Positions 55,030 through 56,959 of a DNA stretch of 56,959 nucleotides are shown here, one piece after another; the stretch's first letter is position 1; every line of letters begins with the position of its first letter. The notes below the pieces were generated by a model. The model saw only the letters and a program-made list of their open reading frames with translations. It made no database searches and was not told the origin of the DNA. The stretch is taken from IMG/VR virus record IMGVR_UViG_3300025875_000028, positions 1 through 56,959 of that record; one strand, 5' to 3'. The DNA comes from a virus (Duplodnaviria > Caudoviricetes). The translations under genes were made by a program, and so were the position numbers.

Positions 55030-55542
55030 TCAGTCCGTGAAGCGGACCCCGAAGTACGCCACGGAGCGGGCGAGCGCCTCGGCGTAGGCAGTGTTGTCGC
55101 TGTTCATCTCGGCGACGAAGCCCGCCCGGTAGCGCTCCGGGATCGGGCGCCGGTTCTCGACGTAGAGACGCGCCCAACTGGCGTGGTTGGGCTGCAGGGT
55201 GCCGCCCTCCCGGGTCTCGCCGTACCCGCGGAGCACGCACGCACTGCAGTTCTCCCGGACGATCTGCTCCGTCTCGGCGTCGAACCAGTCGTCGTCGGTG
55301 TGCTGGTGGACGAAGACGCCGCGCGCGCTCCGGGCGTGCTGGCCGGCGGTCGCGTCGTCCCACGGCTCGACGTCCAGGGTGCGGACGGCGTAGCCGCCCC
55401 ACTTGACCGCGTAGTCGGTGGAGAACGGTTGGTGACGGAGCAGCCACCCGAATGCGACGTCGCCGTTCGGCAGGACGGGAGAGACGTCGACGCCGTCGTG
55501 GGTGACGACGACGGGGGTGCGGGAGTTGAGGCCGGTGGTCAT
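55030..55542 (-). CDS. Hypothetical protein, array cassette
   Basis: ATG after the element RBS; 170 aa. Confidence 0.8.
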   Translation of the reverse strand: MTTGLNSRTPVVVTHDGVDVSPVLPNGDVAFGWLLRHQPFSTDYAVKWGGYAVRTLDVEPWDDATAGQHARSARGVFVHQHTDDDWFDAETEQIVRENCSACVLRGYGETREGGTLQPNHASWARLYVENRRPIPERYRAGFVAEMNSDNTAYAEALARSVAYFGVRFTD

Positions 55543-55577
55543 GGTGTCCTCTCTGTCGGCGCACGGTGCGCCGTCGT

Positions 55578-55617
55578 GGGTGCCGAGGGCTCGAACCTCG
55601 GTGCCTGCCTGTCACCC
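55578..55617 (-). ncRNA. tRNA-like element, class II
   Basis: Class II core. Confidence 0.8.
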
Positions 55618-55623
55618 TACACG

Positions 55624-55953
55624 TTATGCCCGACGGACGCCACCCCGCGGGCCGATCTCGAGGATTGCGTCAGCCATCGCGGCGCCCTCGGTCTCGATCA
55701 CCCGCCGGAGGTCGGCCAGGCTGTCGTTCCGGCCCCAGACGTAGAGGGTCAGGGTGGACCCGATCTCAACCACCGGCGTGTCGGTGTGCTCGGTGCCGCG
55801 GGTGATGTAGTCGAAGCGGACGTGCCGCCCGGAGTCGTAACGCTCGCTCAGTGCCTCGCCCGCGGCCTTGATGCTCGGGAACGTCTCGGCGTCGTTCCAC
55901 TCCGGGAGGGAGTAGCTCGACCCGCCGTGCCACAGACCGACGTAGGTGCTCAT
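55624..55953 (-). CDS. Hypothetical protein, array cassette
   Basis: ATG after the element RBS; GGSSYS...GPRGGVRR motifs. Confidence 0.8.
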   Translation of the reverse strand: MSTYVGLWHGGSSYSLPEWNDAETFPSIKAAGEALSERYDSGRHVRFDYITRGTEHTDTPVVEIGSTLTLYVWGRNDSLADLRRVIETEGAAMADAILEIGPRGGVRRA

Positions 55954-55988
55954 GATGTCCTCTCTGTCGACGGTACGTCCGTCGTCGT

Positions 55989-56028
55989 GCCGGTCGGGGA
56001 CTCGAACCCCGATGTCTGCCAGGCCGGC
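55989..56028 (-). ncRNA. tRNA-like element, class I
   Basis: GCCGG-CCTGGCAGACA-TCGGGG-TTCGAGT-CCCCGA-CCGGC-ACGA. Confidence 0.8.
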
Positions 56029-56037
56029 TGATCTTGC

Positions 56038-56451
56038 TCAGAGCGCGTGCTTGCCGTCCATGATCTCTCGCAGCCGCGGGTAGTGGCAGATCGCGGTCTG
56101 GGCGATCTCGGCGCCGGAGTAGTGGTGAACGGTGAAGTACTCCGCGGTGTTCTCCGTCGCAGCCTCACCGAACCGGCTGGCAGCCTCGGTGAACAGGAGG
56201 TGCGTCTCCGCGCCGTTGTCCGTGTAGTTGGCCAGCATGTCGGCCAGCATGACCCGAGCCATCAGCACGTGATCGGAGTCGGCCGAGGGGACGCCGGAGA
56301 GCACGGTCGGCGCGAACCCTCCACGGTCCAGCCACCCGATCAGGTCGTCCAGCTTCTCGCGGGTCTCGTCCTGGGTGTCGACGTCCGCGGTCTGGCCGTC
56401 CAGCTCGGCGGCGGTGGCCAGCAGCGCGGCGATGACAGCCTGGGGGTCCAT
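56038..56451 (-). CDS. Hypothetical protein, array cassette
   Basis: ATG after the element RBS; MDP...WLDRGGFAP motif. Confidence 0.8.
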   Translation of the reverse strand: MDPQAVIAALLATAAELDGQTADVDTQDETREKLDDLIGWLDRGGFAPTVLSGVPSADSDHVLMARVMLADMLANYTDNGAETHLLFTEAASRFGEAATENTAEYFTVHHYSGAEIAQTAICHYPRLREIMDGKHAL

Positions 56452-56487
56452 GATGATCCTCTCTGTCGACGGTAGGTCCGTCGTCGT

Positions 56488-56528
56488 GCCGGTCGGGGAC
56501 TCGAACCCCGATGTCTGCCAAGGCCGGC
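56488..56528 (-). ncRNA. tRNA-like element, class I (12-nt linker)
   Basis: Class I stems; linker CCTTGGCAGACA. Confidence 0.8.
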
Positions 56529-56537
56529 TGATCTTGA

Positions 56538-56834
56538 TCAGGCGTGGAATCGACGGAACCAGTCGACCGGTTCGGTCGCGAAGTCACCGAAGCGGTCGGG
56601 CGCACTGATGAACGTCTGCGGGCCGCCGTCGAAGATCCCGACGACCGGCCCGCCGTAGACCGACCCGACGAACTCGACCACGCGGGTCGGCTCGCCCGGG
56701 TAGGTGACGTCACCGATGACCGAGAACTGCCCGGCAATGCCGCTCCGGCGCCGGACGTTGTCGACCGTCGGCGCCGGGTACTCCTCGGTGGTCGATCCGA
56801 TCACGGTCGTCTCACCGATGGTCTCGAAGTTCAT
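56538..56834 (-). CDS. Hypothetical protein, array cassette
   Basis: ATG after the element at 56870-56909. Confidence 0.8.
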   Translation of the reverse strand: MNFETIGETTVIGSTTEEYPAPTVDNVRRRSGIAGQFSVIGDVTYPGEPTRVVEFVGSVYGGPVVGIFDGGPQTFISAPDRFGDFATEPVDWFRRFHA

Positions 56835-56959
56835 GACTCCCTCTCTGTCGACGGTACGTCCGTCGTCGTGCCGGTCGGGGACTCGAACCCCGATGCCTGC
56901 CAGGCCGGCTGATCTTGATCTCAGTAGCCGCGCGGGCCGAACTCCTCGACGCACGTCGC

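Noticed and set aside
50915-56909. CRISPR array
   Set aside because: The intervals are 300-900 bp protein-coding genes, repeats vary in classes, and no cas operon is present; the lone PD-(D/E)xK nuclease is a typical phage exonuclease
50915-56909. attP sites or tRNA 3'-end remnants from integration
   Set aside because: No integrase seen, 14 copies, and each 3' strand has its own matching 5' strand, which an integration remnant would lack
50915-56909. Simple intrinsic terminators or a promoter before each gene
   Set aside because: No U-tract after the stems and no -35/-10 boxes in the repeats; conserved loop and linker bases exceed what a terminator needs
56833-56959. Biological terminal repeat
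   Set aside because: Exactly 127 nt and cuts through a start codon and a gene; best explained as assembler overlap at a repeat

Overview
The window is a complete, circularly assembled genome of a high-GC siphovirus of an actinobacterial host (56,832 bp unique; bases 1-127 repeat 56833-56959, an assembly overlap). A rightward arm (2.0-31.3 kb) carries terminase, portal, capsid, neck, tail, tape measure, tail tip and lysis genes. A mostly leftward arm (31.4-50.3 kb) carries endonuclease VII, SSB, a PD-(D/E)xK exonuclease, a TOPRIM protein, an SMC-like ATPase, an HNH and, on the + strand, a primase-polymerase/SF3 helicase. No integrase was recognised. The standout feature is a leftward operon of about 7.3 kb that spans the assembly junction (about 1350 to 1, then 56832 to 50360). 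It starts at two tandem near-consensus promoters, passes an rRNA-operon-like boxA motif, and runs through about 18 small genes punctuated by 14 copies of a 40-nt tRNA-like element. Each element has a 5-bp closing stem, an 11-nt GG-containing linker, a 6-bp T-stem, a TTCRAGY T-loop and a 3' ACGA, and is followed by a hairpin, a strong RBS and an ATG. Both stems show compensatory base changes between three sequence classes, so the structure appears to be under selection. This looks like a phage-encoded tRNA-punctuated expression or cassette system that I do not recognise as described. Protein family calls rest on motif recognition and gene order only; no database searches were run.
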